Below, piece after piece: positions 27,660 through 38,901 of a stretch of DNA of 64,000 bases (position 1 is the first letter of the stretch; each line of letters begins with the position of its first letter). Both the position numbers and the translations under genes were made by a program. The notes beneath the pieces were generated by a model. The model made no database searches. It had not been told where the DNA came from and worked only from the letters and a program-made list of their open reading frames with translations. The DNA is from a virus: IMG/VR virus record IMGVR_UViG_3300025671_000038; one strand, given 5' to 3'.

Positions 27660-27872
27660 TTATTTCTCCAGAAGTCCTTTAACCCAGTTTTTAAATAGGT
27701 CCCAGTTTCTAGTTGCAAATACGCCGAATGCGAATCCTGCATATACCTTATAGCCGAGTGTCCATAGTGCAGCTCCTGCGATTAAGCCAGCAACTCCTTC
27801 TACTCCGTTTGCTATAATCCATCCCTTTACGAGGGAATAAACGTTTTTGATAAAGTCCAATACTTTTTTCAT
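27660..27872 (-). CDS. Small membrane protein (holin-like possible)
   Basis: 70 aa with a hydrophobic core. Confidence 0.5.
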   Translation of the reverse strand: MKKVLDFIKNVYSLVKGWIIANGVEGVAGLIAGAALWTLGYKVYAGFAFGVFATRNWDLFKNWVKGLLEK

Positions 27873-27881
27873 TTGTTCTTA

Positions 27882-28415
27882 TTAATTATTTTCGATTGGT
27901 GTGTAATATATCTCGTCGACCTTAAGAGGCGATATTTTAGCTTCGTATCCCTTATCCGGTAGGGAGGCAGGTATTCCTATGATCATATCCGTTCCTCCGA
28001 CATTTTCAATCCTATCAACAATAAACTCAGAGTCAAAGAAGATTGTTCTCTGATCTCCGAATCGATTGACATCAAAATCGAAATCCTCAACCTCTGCGTC
28101 AACATCATCTTTTTTACCTATCGATGATTTATGAATCCTGGCTAATCTTTCTCTCTCCTGAGCTATAATGTCCTTAATGTAATCTGGAGCGCCTTTACCT
28201 TGTGTAGGAACCTCAGCAATTACATTAATGTTTTCAACAGTTCCCATTTCCTTCTGGGCTAGTAGATCCCTTAACTTTGGTACAATCTCAGAATATTTTA
28301 GCTCCTCGACAGGAGCAGCATTTATATTCTTCTTGAAGTCAAGCTCATTATACAGAGGGGTTGATCCTTCGTTGATTTTGTTTGAGTAATCCTCAAATAA
28401 ACTTATGTGCTTCAT
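27882..28415 (-). CDS. Hypothetical late protein with capsid-targeting-like N-terminus
   Basis: MKHISLFEDYSNKINE; GATATATA at 28437-28444. Confidence 0.7.
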   Translation of the reverse strand: MKHISLFEDYSNKINEGSTPLYNELDFKKNINAAPVEELKYSEIVPKLRDLLAQKEMGTVENINVIAEVPTQGKGAPDYIKDIIAQERERLARIHKSSIGKKDDVDAEVEDFDFDVNRFGDQRTIFFDSEFIVDRIENVGGTDMIIGIPASLPDKGYEAKISPLKVDEIYYTPIENN

Positions 28416-28444
28416 CTATTTAAACTTAGATTTATCTATATATC

Positions 28445-28720
28445 CTACCGATCTCGGTGTTTTGTAACCAGAACTTCTAATTCTGATCTTCCCTTTATGA
28501 GTCTATGCCACTCTCCGGCTTTTATATTAATAGTACCTGAACAAGGTATGGGAAGCTGGTTATCAAATTGGAAAAACCAGTCGTTAGTGGATAAAAACTC
28601 TATAGTTCTGTCCTCCTCGTCCCAATGCCACTTCAGATCTTCTTCAGACACTTCGGGATTGAATATTCTTAAATACTTATCCTCTGATTTCCGGATTTCT
28701 TTGTATGGATAGCTTACCAA
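28445..28720 (-). CDS. Small cupin-like protein
   Basis: LKWHWDEEDR...GEWHRLIKG. Confidence 0.65.
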   Translation of the reverse strand: MVSYPYKEIRKSEDKYLRIFNPEVSEEDLKWHWDEEDRTIEFLSTNDWFFQFDNQLPIPCSGTINIKAGEWHRLIKGRSELEVLVTKHRDR

Positions 28721-29265
28721 GGGTTGCTAGATTTAAGGCCTAGGAGCTTATGATACCTATGTACATTACAAGACCACCATCTAGGTTTCCACCTGGGACC
28801 GGGATCGTTACACCTATGTCTAGCTCTAAAGGATTTTGAGGCTTCCTTATCTGAGTTTTTTATTCTCATCCCCGGCTGACCGAATCTAACCATAATGACC
28901 TTCCCCTCTCCGTTCTTCGTATAAACAGCGAACTTTCTTGGTGCTTTAGGCGTCCTGAATGGCTTATCTAGTTCTACCTCCCGACCTTTATATTCGGCCT
29001 CGTTAATTTCAAACGGTACATCTAACAAAACCTCTGCACCGCGATACTTATCTTTTTTCCCTGCGTCGGTACTTATAAGAAAAACATCATCGAAAGAAAG
29101 GTCTAGCTTATCATTCATCCACATTTCCCTGGATTCATTGATTAAATCGAGCCAAGATTCTGACTCTATCCTATAGACACTTTCCATTAGGGAAACTTCG
29201 TTCTGTATATGGTAGTTTAAGCCTTCGCTTAGTGAATCGAAATCTGAAAATCCTTTTATCCTCAT
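28714..29265 (-). CDS. Phage protein with DUF6321-like C-terminus
   Basis: KFAVYTKN...VRFGQPGMRIK...SFRARHRC...RWWSC; MRIKGFSDFDSLSE N-terminus. Confidence 0.7.
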   Translation of the reverse strand: MRIKGFSDFDSLSEGLNYHIQNEVSLMESVYRIESESWLDLINESREMWMNDKLDLSFDDVFLISTDAGKKDKYRGAEVLLDVPFEINEAEYKGREVELDKPFRTPKAPRKFAVYTKNGEGKVIMVRFGQPGMRIKNSDKEASKSFRARHRCNDPGPRWKPRWWSCNVHRYHKLLGLKSSNPW

Positions 29266-29300
29266 ACCTTATATATCAAGAACAGAACCTCCAGTTATTA

Positions 29301-30575
29301 CTAAGCTTCCTGCTTACTAGCTTTATTTCTCTCCTCTATAGATTGAGCTTTCTTTAGAGCAGCTTCCCTAAAGTATTCGTAATTTTTACGTATTCTGGTT
29401 TTTTCGTTTTCATTCATCGATACGAAGAAGGGCATTCTCATAATGGCTTCCATCTTCTCAGCTGATATCTCCGGATTACCAGTGTGGTAAGCAGCTAGTG
29501 CAAATTCGTCAAGTAATCTCCACTGCCAAATTTCGGGTTCGACGAACAGTATATCGGAGGTTCCGTGATTTTTTACTGCCATGTTGCCATATGTAAATGA
29601 GAGGACCCATCTATTCTGCTCTCTCAGCTTTCTCATAGCGTGAAATACAGCCTCAAGTCTCTCTGGTCTATATTCCCAAGCTTTGGAATAAGCAGCAATA
29701 ACCTCGTCGGGATGCCTTCCCAACTGCTCTTTAAGTCTCCCTATCATATAAAGAGAATAATAAACCTCCTCTTCCCATCCACCAGCTTCAGCTCTTTTCT
29801 GATATGCATCTATCGCTTTTACCTTCTGCTGGGAATCTCTATAGCTCTGAGCAAGGTAGAACATATATCTAGCATTATCAGGCTCCTTTTCTAGCGCCTC
29901 TTCAAGGATTTCAGCGTCCTTTGCATATTTTTCTTCTAGCGAGTTAGCCCTTTTGAGCGGGCTAATATCAGCATCTACCCTACACCTGTCTCCGGGAATT
30001 TGGTATTGTATAAGAGGCTCCTTCCCAGGCAAATCCAGATATTCGTGCAGAACTCCTTTGTATATCCAATCTTGGTCTGATCTTACTATCTGAGCCCTAT
30101 GGTACTGGAGATTGTTGAGCCTATACATTATCTGGAAGCAATCCACATCCGGGGGTAGATTTGAGAATGGGTTTACATTGGGATTTAAAACCTCGAACGT
30201 GTCGTCCGCATCTATTACCCAGAGATAATCACATTTTCCCCTAGCTAATTCTAAACTTTCAGTTCGGTTAACTTCGAAGTTAACCCAAGGTCTCTCGTGG
30301 ATTTCCCCGTCTATTCCAAGATCACCCATGGTGGATCTTATCTCCTCTATAGTATTATCGCTGGATCCGGTATCACATATTACGTAATAGGATATGTAAG
30401 GAGCACATTTGGTTAAACACTTCCTGATTGTGTCCTCCTCATCCTTTACAATCATCACCAGACAAAGGCTAATTGACTGCTCGTTATTGAAATCCGCCTT
30501 CTGCGGATTCGCAATCTGTTTTTTATTAGATCTAGGTTTGGATTTAGTTCTAGTCCTGGATTTTTTAGATGCCAT
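29301..30575 (-). CDS. GT2-family glycosyltransferase with TPR repeats
   Basis: LCLVMIVKDEE; CDTGSSDNT; IDADD; WIYKGVLHE; TPR-like FYLAQSYRD. Confidence 0.9.
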   Translation of the reverse strand: MASKKSRTRTKSKPRSNKKQIANPQKADFNNEQSISLCLVMIVKDEEDTIRKCLTKCAPYISYYVICDTGSSDNTIEEIRSTMGDLGIDGEIHERPWVNFEVNRTESLELARGKCDYLWVIDADDTFEVLNPNVNPFSNLPPDVDCFQIMYRLNNLQYHRAQIVRSDQDWIYKGVLHEYLDLPGKEPLIQYQIPGDRCRVDADISPLKRANSLEEKYAKDAEILEEALEKEPDNARYMFYLAQSYRDSQQKVKAIDAYQKRAEAGGWEEEVYYSLYMIGRLKEQLGRHPDEVIAAYSKAWEYRPERLEAVFHAMRKLREQNRWVLSFTYGNMAVKNHGTSDILFVEPEIWQWRLLDEFALAAYHTGNPEISAEKMEAIMRMPFFVSMNENEKTRIRKNYEYFREAALKKAQSIEERNKASKQEA

Positions 30576-30631
30576 CTTTTATGTGAATGTATTTCCCATT
30601 TATATGGGACATCCGCTAAAAGATTTCATCC

Positions 30632-31384
30632 TTATCCCCTATCTATGGAGGTTATCCTTTCGAGGATAAGTCCATCATTAAGTGTTCTCGTAAATTCACC
30701 TCTAGCGACAACTCTTTTCCTGCTGGTTGAGACCAGGTCTACATTAAGTAATCCGGTATCCTCGCAGATATCAACTTCCCCAGTGAGAGAATTCACATCG
30801 GGCATAAATGTCGATCTACTCATTCCCCTACCATTCCAATAAACCAGAGTAAGGTTATCAATCTTGCCGTCTAGGATTTTCACAACCTGATTCTCTCTTA
30901 AACATTCTATTTTGACTGAAGGTCCTCTAGATTTGAATCCAGCCGAGAATGAGGTCAAGAAATACCCTCTCCCCTCCAAAAGACCGGGCACAGTGTCATT
31001 CTTGCAAGAGAACATATTTAAGGAACCAGAAAACCTATGTTGCTTAAATCTTACCCCCAATTCCATAAAGGACCTCCGTAGAGACTCCATTATATCGTCC
31101 ACATTCTCGGATTTATAAAAATCCATGATGTAATGAGGATTAGCCCCTTTTATAGTCTTAGACGATCGTATCTTAAGGTCCGAGTAATACCTTACGTAGT
31201 TTTCAAAAACATTACCTATGAAAACAACCTGCTCCTCCTCGGATTTATGCATTTTCTTACGCAGGTTCATCTCATGCTCGAATCTTTCTACAAATTCGGC
31301 GAGTATATTATTCTGGCCCATTGATATTTTATATTCTTTTCCAGGAGTAGTCCGTATCAAGTTTAAATCTCCCCAGACACTCAA
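30632..31384 (-). CDS. Hypothetical protein
   Basis: 250 aa ORF. Confidence 0.6.
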   Translation of the reverse strand: MSVWGDLNLIRTTPGKEYKISMGQNNILAEFVERFEHEMNLRKKMHKSEEEQVVFIGNVFENYVRYYSDLKIRSSKTIKGANPHYIMDFYKSENVDDIMESLRRSFMELGVRFKQHRFSGSLNMFSCKNDTVPGLLEGRGYFLTSFSAGFKSRGPSVKIECLRENQVVKILDGKIDNLTLVYWNGRGMSRSTFMPDVNSLTGEVDICEDTGLLNVDLVSTSRKRVVARGEFTRTLNDGLILERITSIDRG

Positions 31385-31742
31385 ATTTGTTATCCCATTC
31401 TTCGGGAGAGATTATACTAGCAAAAGTCTTCTCGCTGTCGTTAACATATAGATATATCTCTATTCCTATATAAGGCTCAAAGGAAATTTTAGATGACCAT
31501 ATCATCTGGTTGTCTGCGTATTCACTATAGAGATCACTGATTTGCTCCCTAATTTCCTCAGCTCTCTTATTGAATTTTTTTGCTGCTTTAGATACAGCAC
31601 CACCTTTAAATTTGGAGATATCATCTATCTGGAAGCTGGGAGCTCCCAGAGAAGTTGGATATGGTTTAGAGAAAGCATCAAAAATTCCAGTATCCGGGTT
31701 AAAAACTACTGAATCTGGAAGTTTACGATTTTTCTTCTCCAC
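31329..31742 (-). CDS. DUF2452-like protein
   Basis: PYPTSLGAPSF...FEPYIG..YLY...SIISPEEW. Confidence 0.65.
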   Translation of the reverse strand: MEKKNRKLPDSVVFNPDTGIFDAFSKPYPTSLGAPSFQIDDISKFKGGAVSKAAKKFNKRAEEIREQISDLYSEYADNQMIWSSKISFEPYIGIEIYLYVNDSEKTFASIISPEEWDNKFECLGRFKLDTDYSWKRI

Positions 31743-32364
31743 CGGATTCCTGATTTATCCCTATTTTTTTGAGAACATCCTTATAAACCTCATCGGGTTT
31801 AAGAGAAGCGTCGATTTTAACTAGTTTTCTGCTTTTTCTGTACTTATCCAGGAGAGGTTTAGTTTTGCTTTCGTATTTGTCGAACCTCTTATTTATTACT
31901 TCCTCGTTTTTATCGTCTTCCCTATTTTCCTTTTCTGCCCTTTTCAGTATCCTTTCCCTAGATTTCTTTCTGCTCAGATCCAAGTAGACGCAGTGGCTTA
32001 GGCCTACCCCTAATTTTCCCAGAATGGAATCAAGCATTTTGGTTTGCTTTAATGTTCTTGGAAATCCGTCTATGACTACCCCCTTCTCAAGATCCGCCTT
32101 TCCTAGCTCCTTTCTTAACATTCTAGCCATGATTCGATCCGGTATGTAATCACCACCGGCTACAATTTTCTTCAGTTCTTCGTCTTTTGAATTTCGTATG
32201 AGCTCTCCGGTGGAGATATGAGTAAATCCATTACCGGACTCCAATTTTTTAGAAATTGTTCCCTTACCAGATCCGGGAGGACCCATTATGATCAGGATTT
32301 CCCCCTGCTTGTCCGGGATTTCTCTCTCGTTGATGAAATATTCGTAGCTTTTAACCTTATCCAT
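31723..32364 (-). CDS. adk: Adenylate kinase (short LID)
   Basis: GPPGSGKGT; HISTGELIR; DGFPRT; REDD; N-terminal extension MDKVKSYEYFINE. Confidence 0.93.
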   Translation of the reverse strand: MDKVKSYEYFINEREIPDKQGEILIIMGPPGSGKGTISKKLESGNGFTHISTGELIRNSKDEELKKIVAGGDYIPDRIMARMLRKELGKADLEKGVVIDGFPRTLKQTKMLDSILGKLGVGLSHCVYLDLSRKKSRERILKRAEKENREDDKNEEVINKRFDKYESKTKPLLDKYRKSRKLVKIDASLKPDEVYKDVLKKIGINQESGGEEKS

Positions 32365-32404
32365 ACTAGAATAGTTGTTTTTTTATCTATATAGTCAAAT
32401 TAGA

Positions 32405-33010
32405 CTATTTCTTTTCAAAATACCAGGTTCCGTACCATTCATTAGTTTTTGACACCTGGTATCCTCTGGATTCACAAAATTCATCTACCGCAGGATTTAC
32501 CCCAAATACCCCGGAATAGCCATATTCATCATAAATATGCTTATCCTTCCCGTTCGGTAAAAATAATGGATCGTTATACCAGTCCATGTCGAGATAATCA
32601 TGTCCCATGACCAATCCTCCCTTTCTTACCTTGGGGTACCAGAGATTTATATCCTCCTTGACAGAATCGTATGAGTGGTTAGCATCAATAAAAACAAAAT
32701 CTAGGCTCTCGTCGGGAAATAGCTTATATGCCTGATCAGAAAATGCCCTTATCATAATAGCTCTCCTGCCGAATGGGGCCATTCTATCTACACATTCACT
32801 GAGAATCATATAGGGTGAATGCTTACCGTGATTAGAAGAATCCGGATAATCTTCCTCGTCTAAACTCCTCCACACATCCACCATGTAGAGTTCACCTTCC
32901 CACCTTTTCAGTATCTCCGCAGAGAATTCACCCTTAAGAGATCCGATCTCAGCTCCTACCTTATAACCCCTTTTTACGAAATACTCGTCTATTAAATCTT
33001 CCCTCTCCAT
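32405..33010 (-). CDS. Class I SAM methyltransferase (Methyltransf_24-like)
   Basis: GAEIGSLKG; LDFVFIDANHSY; GHDY. Confidence 0.88.
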   Translation of the reverse strand: MEREDLIDEYFVKRGYKVGAEIGSLKGEFSAEILKRWEGELYMVDVWRSLDEEDYPDSSNHGKHSPYMILSECVDRMAPFGRRAIMIRAFSDQAYKLFPDESLDFVFIDANHSYDSVKEDINLWYPKVRKGGLVMGHDYLDMDWYNDPLFLPNGKDKHIYDEYGYSGVFGVNPAVDEFCESRGYQVSKTNEWYGTWYFEKK

Positions 33011-33019
33011 TTACTCGTA

Positions 33020-33808
33020 TTATTTGAAAAACCCGCTATCGTAGACCTGTCGACGGGACTCCCACTTCTCCCGGTTGGAATATCCCTTTCTGGTCGATGA
33101 TATTTCATTGAGACCCAGTATATCCCGAGCTATTTCATAACTTTCCAGTGTTCCCCAATCCCTAGGATTTTTAAAGCTCTTATAATATCTCCATCCAGAT
33201 TTACAGATCCAACCGGAATAAAGATCCTGGTACCCCTGGGGGGTTCCGGTCGCAGATATTCCATTATTTTCCATGTCAAATCTTCCTATCTCAAAATGGG
33301 CATAAGTTTCAAGATCTTCCTCTTGGGAATTTATTAGCATCCCACTGTGCTTAAATATCCTTTCGATTTTGGACGAAAATTCTCCTTCAATCCCAAGATA
33401 AACCTGGCATTGCTTCTCCCTCATGTAAACCAAAGCTTGCTCAGCCCAACATTTGGCATCAGATAGAGATTCCGCGTGTAGATCTATTTTAACCTTCTTG
33501 CCACGAGGATCGTAAGATTCTTCACCTACCTTCATCATACCAAACTCTGAATCGCAGTAGTAAACCTCCACCTTTATATCACCAGCGAAGGACCGGAAAA
33601 AAGAGAACCACGTGTGTTGATGCATAACAACGCTTTCTAGTATTCCATATTCCTTCATGCCATGCATTCTTTCGCTAATTGTACATAGCAAAGTTTCCCC
33701 CGGAGGCACACCAGGGAAAGATCCTAGTGTTATTCTAAATCCTTTATTAAAATCTAAAGCTAGTCCCATTATCTTATTTTTTTCTAAGTACCCTATTCCC
33801 AATAACAA
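33020..33808 (-). CDS. Protein resembling the N-terminal half of Aah/TibC autotransporter heptosyltransferases
   Basis: LDFNKGFRI...GKKVKIDLHAESLSDAKCW...KQCQVY; no C-terminal GT-B half recognisable. Confidence 0.45.
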   Translation of the reverse strand: MLLGIGYLEKNKIMGLALDFNKGFRITLGSFPGVPPGETLLCTISERMHGMKEYGILESVVMHQHTWFSFFRSFAGDIKVEVYYCDSEFGMMKVGEESYDPRGKKVKIDLHAESLSDAKCWAEQALVYMREKQCQVYLGIEGEFSSKIERIFKHSGMLINSQEEDLETYAHFEIGRFDMENNGISATGTPQGYQDLYSGWICKSGWRYYKSFKNPRDWGTLESYEIARDILGLNEISSTRKGYSNREKWESRRQVYDSGFFK

Positions 33809-35360
33809 GAATATCTATCGTACCGTTTCTCAGATGACGAATGGCATGATGAGGATTATCTATTATGGGTTCCCCGTGACCGTTGAAAGAAGTATTTAGG
33901 ACCGCAGGTATACCAGTTTTTTTGTAGAATGCATTAATAACTTCCCAGAAGTACCCATTTGTTTCCTTATTAACCAATTGAGGTCTGGAAGTCTTATCCT
34001 CCCTATGGTAGCAAGCGGATATTTTATCCCTCCATTCGCTCTTAACAGTATAGCAAATAGTCATGAATTCAGAGGAATACTTAGACTTCCACCCGAATTC
34101 AAATAAATCTTCTGAAAACTCAGAGAGAACAGCAGGTGCAAAAGGCATAACCTGATTCCTTCCCAACCTTTCATTAAGTTTTGCGTGCATTTCTGGATCT
34201 GAGGGATTAACCAAGATGGACCTTGCACCCAGAGCTCTAGCACCATATTCGAATTTACCGTTGAATAGACCCACTATATCGCCCCGAACTATATGTGAAG
34301 CCAAATCATCCAGCGAAAGATCACTTTCATCCAAGTCGTCGTATTGGGAGATAGCTTCCGATATCTCTTCTTGGTTGTAGTCCAATCCATAAAAACAGTT
34401 ATCAAGCTTAAATGGATGTTTAATTTCGCCAAGGTCCCTGGCCATACATATAGCGGAACCTAGAGAAACCCCCTCGTCTCCCATTACCGGGACGACATAT
34501 ATCTCGTCTATAAGGTCTATCTCATTTATCTTCTGGTTCATCTTAACATTATGGAAAAGACCACCAGATAGCCCTATTTTTTTAGAATGCTCCGGATATT
34601 TATAACAAAGGTCCTTTATAAAGCGAACCATTATATTCTCAGTAACATCCTGTACAGCTCTAGCAAAATTCTGTCTACCTTCTTCAGAATCCAATATTCC
34701 TCTTTCTCTTACCTTGTTAAAAGCATAATTAGCAAAAAGATCCGTTCCAGCATTTTTTATTGAGAGAGAACCTGGCTCTTCATAAAAAATTATCTGGTTC
34801 ATTAGCGACTGAAGATACTCGTCATATCTTCCGTTAGCAGACATACCCATGACTTTGCCCTCATCTTGATGAGGTTTCCATCCAAGGATAGATGTTGCTT
34901 GAGTCCATAAGTTAGCTAACGATCCGAAAATATGGGAGGGCATAGAAAAAACCTGTTCCATTTTGCCATCCTCACATAACCAGACGTCTCCGTAGTTACC
35001 GTCCCCTCCACCATCGTAAGAAACCATCATACATTTTCCAGAAAATCCTGAAGTAAAATAAGTGGAAGCAGCGTGACATTCGTGATGTGGAAATTCTCTC
35101 ACTTGTCTGTCCCCGAGGTTATCTTTTATGAAGACATACGAGGTTGGAGTAGCAGTAGTCAGATAGTCTGCCTCGTCTATAGGCACTCCTGTAAAATCCT
35201 GTATTTTTTCCAAAGAAAGAGCGGGATAAGAAAAATCCGTATCCCCGCTCTTAACTCTGGTTATTCTCTCCTCCTGGATAGCTATCTTGATCTTCCCGTC
35301 TTCTATATAAACTATGGAAGCATCGTGAGCACCACCGTAAAAGCCATATATTTTGCTCAT
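33774..35360 (-). CDS. Carbamoyltransferase (CmcH/NodU family)
   Basis: HDAS...EERITRVK; HHECHAAS; DGGGD; EGKVMGM; GDEGVSLG; GARALGARSIL; LNTSFNGHGEPI. Confidence 0.95.
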   Translation of the reverse strand: MSKIYGFYGGAHDASIVYIEDGKIKIAIQEERITRVKSGDTDFSYPALSLEKIQDFTGVPIDEADYLTTATPTSYVFIKDNLGDRQVREFPHHECHAASTYFTSGFSGKCMMVSYDGGGDGNYGDVWLCEDGKMEQVFSMPSHIFGSLANLWTQATSILGWKPHQDEGKVMGMSANGRYDEYLQSLMNQIIFYEEPGSLSIKNAGTDLFANYAFNKVRERGILDSEEGRQNFARAVQDVTENIMVRFIKDLCYKYPEHSKKIGLSGGLFHNVKMNQKINEIDLIDEIYVVPVMGDEGVSLGSAICMARDLGEIKHPFKLDNCFYGLDYNQEEISEAISQYDDLDESDLSLDDLASHIVRGDIVGLFNGKFEYGARALGARSILVNPSDPEMHAKLNERLGRNQVMPFAPAVLSEFSEDLFEFGWKSKYSSEFMTICYTVKSEWRDKISACYHREDKTSRPQLVNKETNGYFWEVINAFYKKTGIPAVLNTSFNGHGEPIIDNPHHAIRHLRNGTIDILVIGNRVLRKK

Positions 35361-35370
35361 TGTCTGATTT

Positions 35371-37863
35371 TTAAGATCCGCAAGCTAAACAATCATCCGG
35401 GTTGTCTAAACTGCAGGATAAGTCCGTTATAGTCTGGTTAGCAAGTTCCTTTAGCTCCTCGCTAGATTCGGAAGATAGTTTAGTAGCTTCCGAAGCTTCT
35501 TTTACCTGGATCTCTTTTTTCAATGTTTCGGTTGGGTTAGGTTTATTATACTTACTAGCATCAATACCAAGTCCAGAAAGAGCATCTACTGCAGCCTTAG
35601 TCCTTAAGTAATACATGCCTGTTTTGAGACCCAACTTCCAAGAATGGAAATGTGCAGCGGTTAGTTTAGCTGCATTCACACCCTCTATAAAGAGATTGAG
35701 AGACTGAGACTGGCAGATAAATTTACCTCTCTCCGCAGACATCTCGATTAGATCCTTCTGCTTTATCTCCCAAACCGTCTTGTAGATTTCTTTTATATCT
35801 TCAGGTATATTAGGTATATTCTGGATAGACCCCTTATGGATGATGATCATATTCTTCATATCCTCGTCCCAGAGATTGAGAGAAATTAAATCACTTACCA
35901 GATGCTTGTTTATTACTATGAATTCACCGCTTAAAGTTCTTCTCGTATAGATATTGGAAGTGAATGGTTCAAAAGCCTCATTGTTACCCATAATCTGAGC
36001 AGTAGATGCTGTTGGCATCGGAGCTAAGAGCAATGAATTTCTAGCTCCGTGCTTCATCACATCCTTTCGTAGCTTTTTCCAATCCCACCTTCCTGATAAC
36101 TCCTCATCCGTAAAATTCCAAAGATTAAACTGGAATTTTCCCTCGCTTAAAGGCGAACCTTCGAAGGTCTCATACGGACCAAGTTTTTTAGCAAGCGACA
36201 CAGAAGCAGACATAGCTGCGTAGTATATGGTTTCAAATATATCCGAGTTAATAGTTCTAGCCTCATCCGAAGAGAACGGTATTCCCATAAGAGCATAAAG
36301 ATCAGCCAGACCTTGTATACCTATACCTATAGGCCTATGTCTCATGTTGGATTTTTTAGTCTCTGGGGTCGGATAGAAATTAACATCTATAACCTTGTTT
36401 AGGTTAATAGCAGTTTGATAAGCTACATCATAAAGTAGATCGTGGTCTACCTCACACTTACCCCTAATAATCTTAGAAGTTCGGGCGTCCGTGGATTTAA
36501 GGAATTTATTTACCGCGATAGATGCAAGGTTACAAACAGCCTGCTCGTCCTTATCAGTGTATTCTATTATCTCAGTACAGAGATTAGAGGATTTTATGGT
36601 ACCAAGATTCTGCTGGTTAGACTTCCTGTTTGCAGCATCCTTGTAAAGTATATAGGGAGTGCCTGTTTCTATCTGAGACTCAACTATTTTTCCCCAAAGC
36701 TCGCGAGCACGAACAGTCTTTCTAGCCTTACCTGCTTTTTCGGCAGCTATGTATTTTTTGTTAAACTCTTCTCCGTAGACTTCATGTAGTCCAGGAACTT
36801 CTGATGGTGAAATCAAGGACCAGTTCTCATCCTTCTCCACCCTCTCCATGAATAGATCAGGAACCCAAAGGGCCAAGAACAAATCTCTGGCTCTTCTCTC
36901 TTCCTTTCCCGTGTTCTTTCTCAGCTCTAGAAAATCCTCAACATCAGCGTGCCAGGGTTCAAGGTAAATAGCGAAAGATCCTTTCCTTTTACCACCTCCT
37001 TGGTCAACGTATCTTGCGGTCTCGTTATAAACCTTGAGCATCGGAACAATTCCATTGGACTTTCCATTTGTCCCACGAATATAAGATCCGGTAGATCTTA
37101 CGTTGTGTATGGCTAATCCGATTCCACCAGCATTTTGGGAGATTAGAGCAACGTCTGATAATGTCTTATAAATCCCTGGGATTGAATCCTCACTCATGGT
37201 AAGTAGGAAACAAGAGGAAAGCTGGGGCTTCTTAGTCCCGGCATTAAATAAGGTCGGGGTTGCATGAGTCATCATATGGGTCGATAGGAGCTCATATGTT
37301 TTAATGGCATTTTTTATGTCACTACCCCATATCCCAACTGCAACTCTCATGTACATGTGTTGAGGTGTTTCCGAAGGGTTCCCGTGCATTTTCAAAAGGT
37401 AACTCTTCTCAAGAGTTTTAAATCCGAAGTATTCGAAGTTAAAATCTCGGTCGTGTATGATCGCAGAATCCAGCTTATTCTTATTTTTCTTGACAACCTC
37501 ATAGGTTTCGTCGCTGATCAGACCAGCAGGCTTGCCCGTTTCAGGATCTATGTAAGAATAAAGATCCTCTATCGTATCAGAGAATTTCTTTTTAGTTGTT
37601 TTGTGTAACCTTGAGACGGCTATTCTAGAAGCTAAGATGGAGTGATCTGGGTGGACCGGAATAAGAGAAGCAGCAGTTTCAGCTGCTAAGTTATCTAGTT
37701 CTCCCGTTGTAATACCATCATAAATCCCGGCGATAACCTTCTGGGATATCCCCATGGAATCCACAAAATCTGTATTTAGCCCATATGTCATTTTTCTTAC
37801 GCGATTAGATACCTTATCAAATCTAACCGCTTCGCTCGATCCGTCTCTTTTAGTTACGTACAT
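35371..37863 (-). CDS. nrdA: Ribonucleotide reductase class Ia alpha subunit
   Basis: ATP cone VTKRDG; TPTLFNAG; QLSSCF; SNLCTEI; C-terminal CLACGS. Confidence 0.97.
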   Translation of the reverse strand: MYVTKRDGSSEAVRFDKVSNRVRKMTYGLNTDFVDSMGISQKVIAGIYDGITTGELDNLAAETAASLIPVHPDHSILASRIAVSRLHKTTKKKFSDTIEDLYSYIDPETGKPAGLISDETYEVVKKNKNKLDSAIIHDRDFNFEYFGFKTLEKSYLLKMHGNPSETPQHMYMRVAVGIWGSDIKNAIKTYELLSTHMMTHATPTLFNAGTKKPQLSSCFLLTMSEDSIPGIYKTLSDVALISQNAGGIGLAIHNVRSTGSYIRGTNGKSNGIVPMLKVYNETARYVDQGGGKRKGSFAIYLEPWHADVEDFLELRKNTGKEERRARDLFLALWVPDLFMERVEKDENWSLISPSEVPGLHEVYGEEFNKKYIAAEKAGKARKTVRARELWGKIVESQIETGTPYILYKDAANRKSNQQNLGTIKSSNLCTEIIEYTDKDEQAVCNLASIAVNKFLKSTDARTSKIIRGKCEVDHDLLYDVAYQTAINLNKVIDVNFYPTPETKKSNMRHRPIGIGIQGLADLYALMGIPFSSDEARTINSDIFETIYYAAMSASVSLAKKLGPYETFEGSPLSEGKFQFNLWNFTDEELSGRWDWKKLRKDVMKHGARNSLLLAPMPTASTAQIMGNNEAFEPFTSNIYTRRTLSGEFIVINKHLVSDLISLNLWDEDMKNMIIIHKGSIQNIPNIPEDIKEIYKTVWEIKQKDLIEMSAERGKFICQSQSLNLFIEGVNAAKLTAAHFHSWKLGLKTGMYYLRTKAAVDALSGLGIDASKYNKPNPTETLKKEIQVKEASEATKLSSESSEELKELANQTITDLSCSLDNPDDCLACGS

Positions 37864-37880
37864 TCTCTAATTTATTTTTT

Positions 37881-38870
37881 TTAAAAGTCCACATCCATAT
37901 CGAATGCGTTCTCCGAGGAATTCATGACCCCCGCTTTTTGATATTCACCAACTCTCTTCTCGAAAAAGTTAGTCTTTCCCTGTAGTGATATGTTTGTCAT
38001 AAAGTCAAATGGGTTATCGACATTAAAGACCTTAGAACATTTCAGATCAACCAGGAGCCTATCTGCAACAAATTCCAGATATTGCTTCATAAGATCCGAA
38101 TTCATACCGATCAATTTAACTGGCAAAGACTCAGTGATGAATTCTTTTTCTATCTCAAGTGCACTTAGGATAATCTCTTTTATTCTCTCCTCAGAAACCC
38201 TGTTATTCACGAAGTTATTATGGAGCATAACAGCAAAATCACAATGCATTCCTTCGTCCCTAGAAATCAGCTCGTTAGAGAAACTAAGTCCTGGCATTAA
38301 CCCTCTTTTCTTAAGCCAGAAAATGGAGCAGAAGGAGCCGGAAAAGAATATTCCCTCCACAGCAGCAAAGGCAATCAGTCTCTCCTGGAAATACTCGGAG
38401 TCTACCCACTTAAGTGCCCATTCAGCTTTCTTCTTTACCGCGGGAATAGTATCTATAGCATTGAAAAGCTTGGTCTTCTCCGCTGGATCTGTAATGTAGG
38501 TGTCTATTAGCAAAGAATAGGTTTCGGAATGGATGTTCTCCATCATTATCTGAAACCCATAGAAAAATTTAGCCTCCGTATATTGAACTTCACCAACAAA
38601 ATTCTCAGCGAGGTTCTCGTTAACTATCCCATCAGAAGCAGCAAAAAAGGCTAAAACATGCTTTATGAAGTGCCTCTCATTATCGTTCAGCTTATTTCTC
38701 CAATCATCTATGTCACTGGATAGATCAATCTCTTCAGCAGTCCAGATGCATGCTTGCTGTTTTTTATACATATCCCATATCTCCGGGTGCTCTATTGGAA
38801 AAATCACAAATCGATTTGGATTTTCCTGTAATATCGGTTCAGGCAACGAATATCCCTCCATTGGTATCAA
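37881..38870 (-). CDS. nrdB: Ribonucleotide reductase class Ia beta subunit
   Basis: [11 protein letters not shown]; ENIHSETY; EGIFFSGSF; RDEGMH. Confidence 0.97.
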   Translation of the reverse strand: MIPMEGYSLPEPILQENPNRFVIFPIEHPEIWDMYKKQQACIWTAEEIDLSSDIDDWRNKLNDNERHFIKHVLAFFAASDGIVNENLAENFVGEVQYTEAKFFYGFQIMMENIHSETYSLLIDTYITDPAEKTKLFNAIDTIPAVKKKAEWALKWVDSEYFQERLIAFAAVEGIFFSGSFCSIFWLKKRGLMPGLSFSNELISRDEGMHCDFAVMLHNNFVNNRVSEERIKEIILSALEIEKEFITESLPVKLIGMNSDLMKQYLEFVADRLLVDLKCSKVFNVDNPFDFMTNISLQGKTNFFEKRVGEYQKAGVMNSSENAFDMDVDF

Positions 38871-38901
38871 TTTTTAAGTTTTGTTTAATTGTTATTTGTT
38901 A

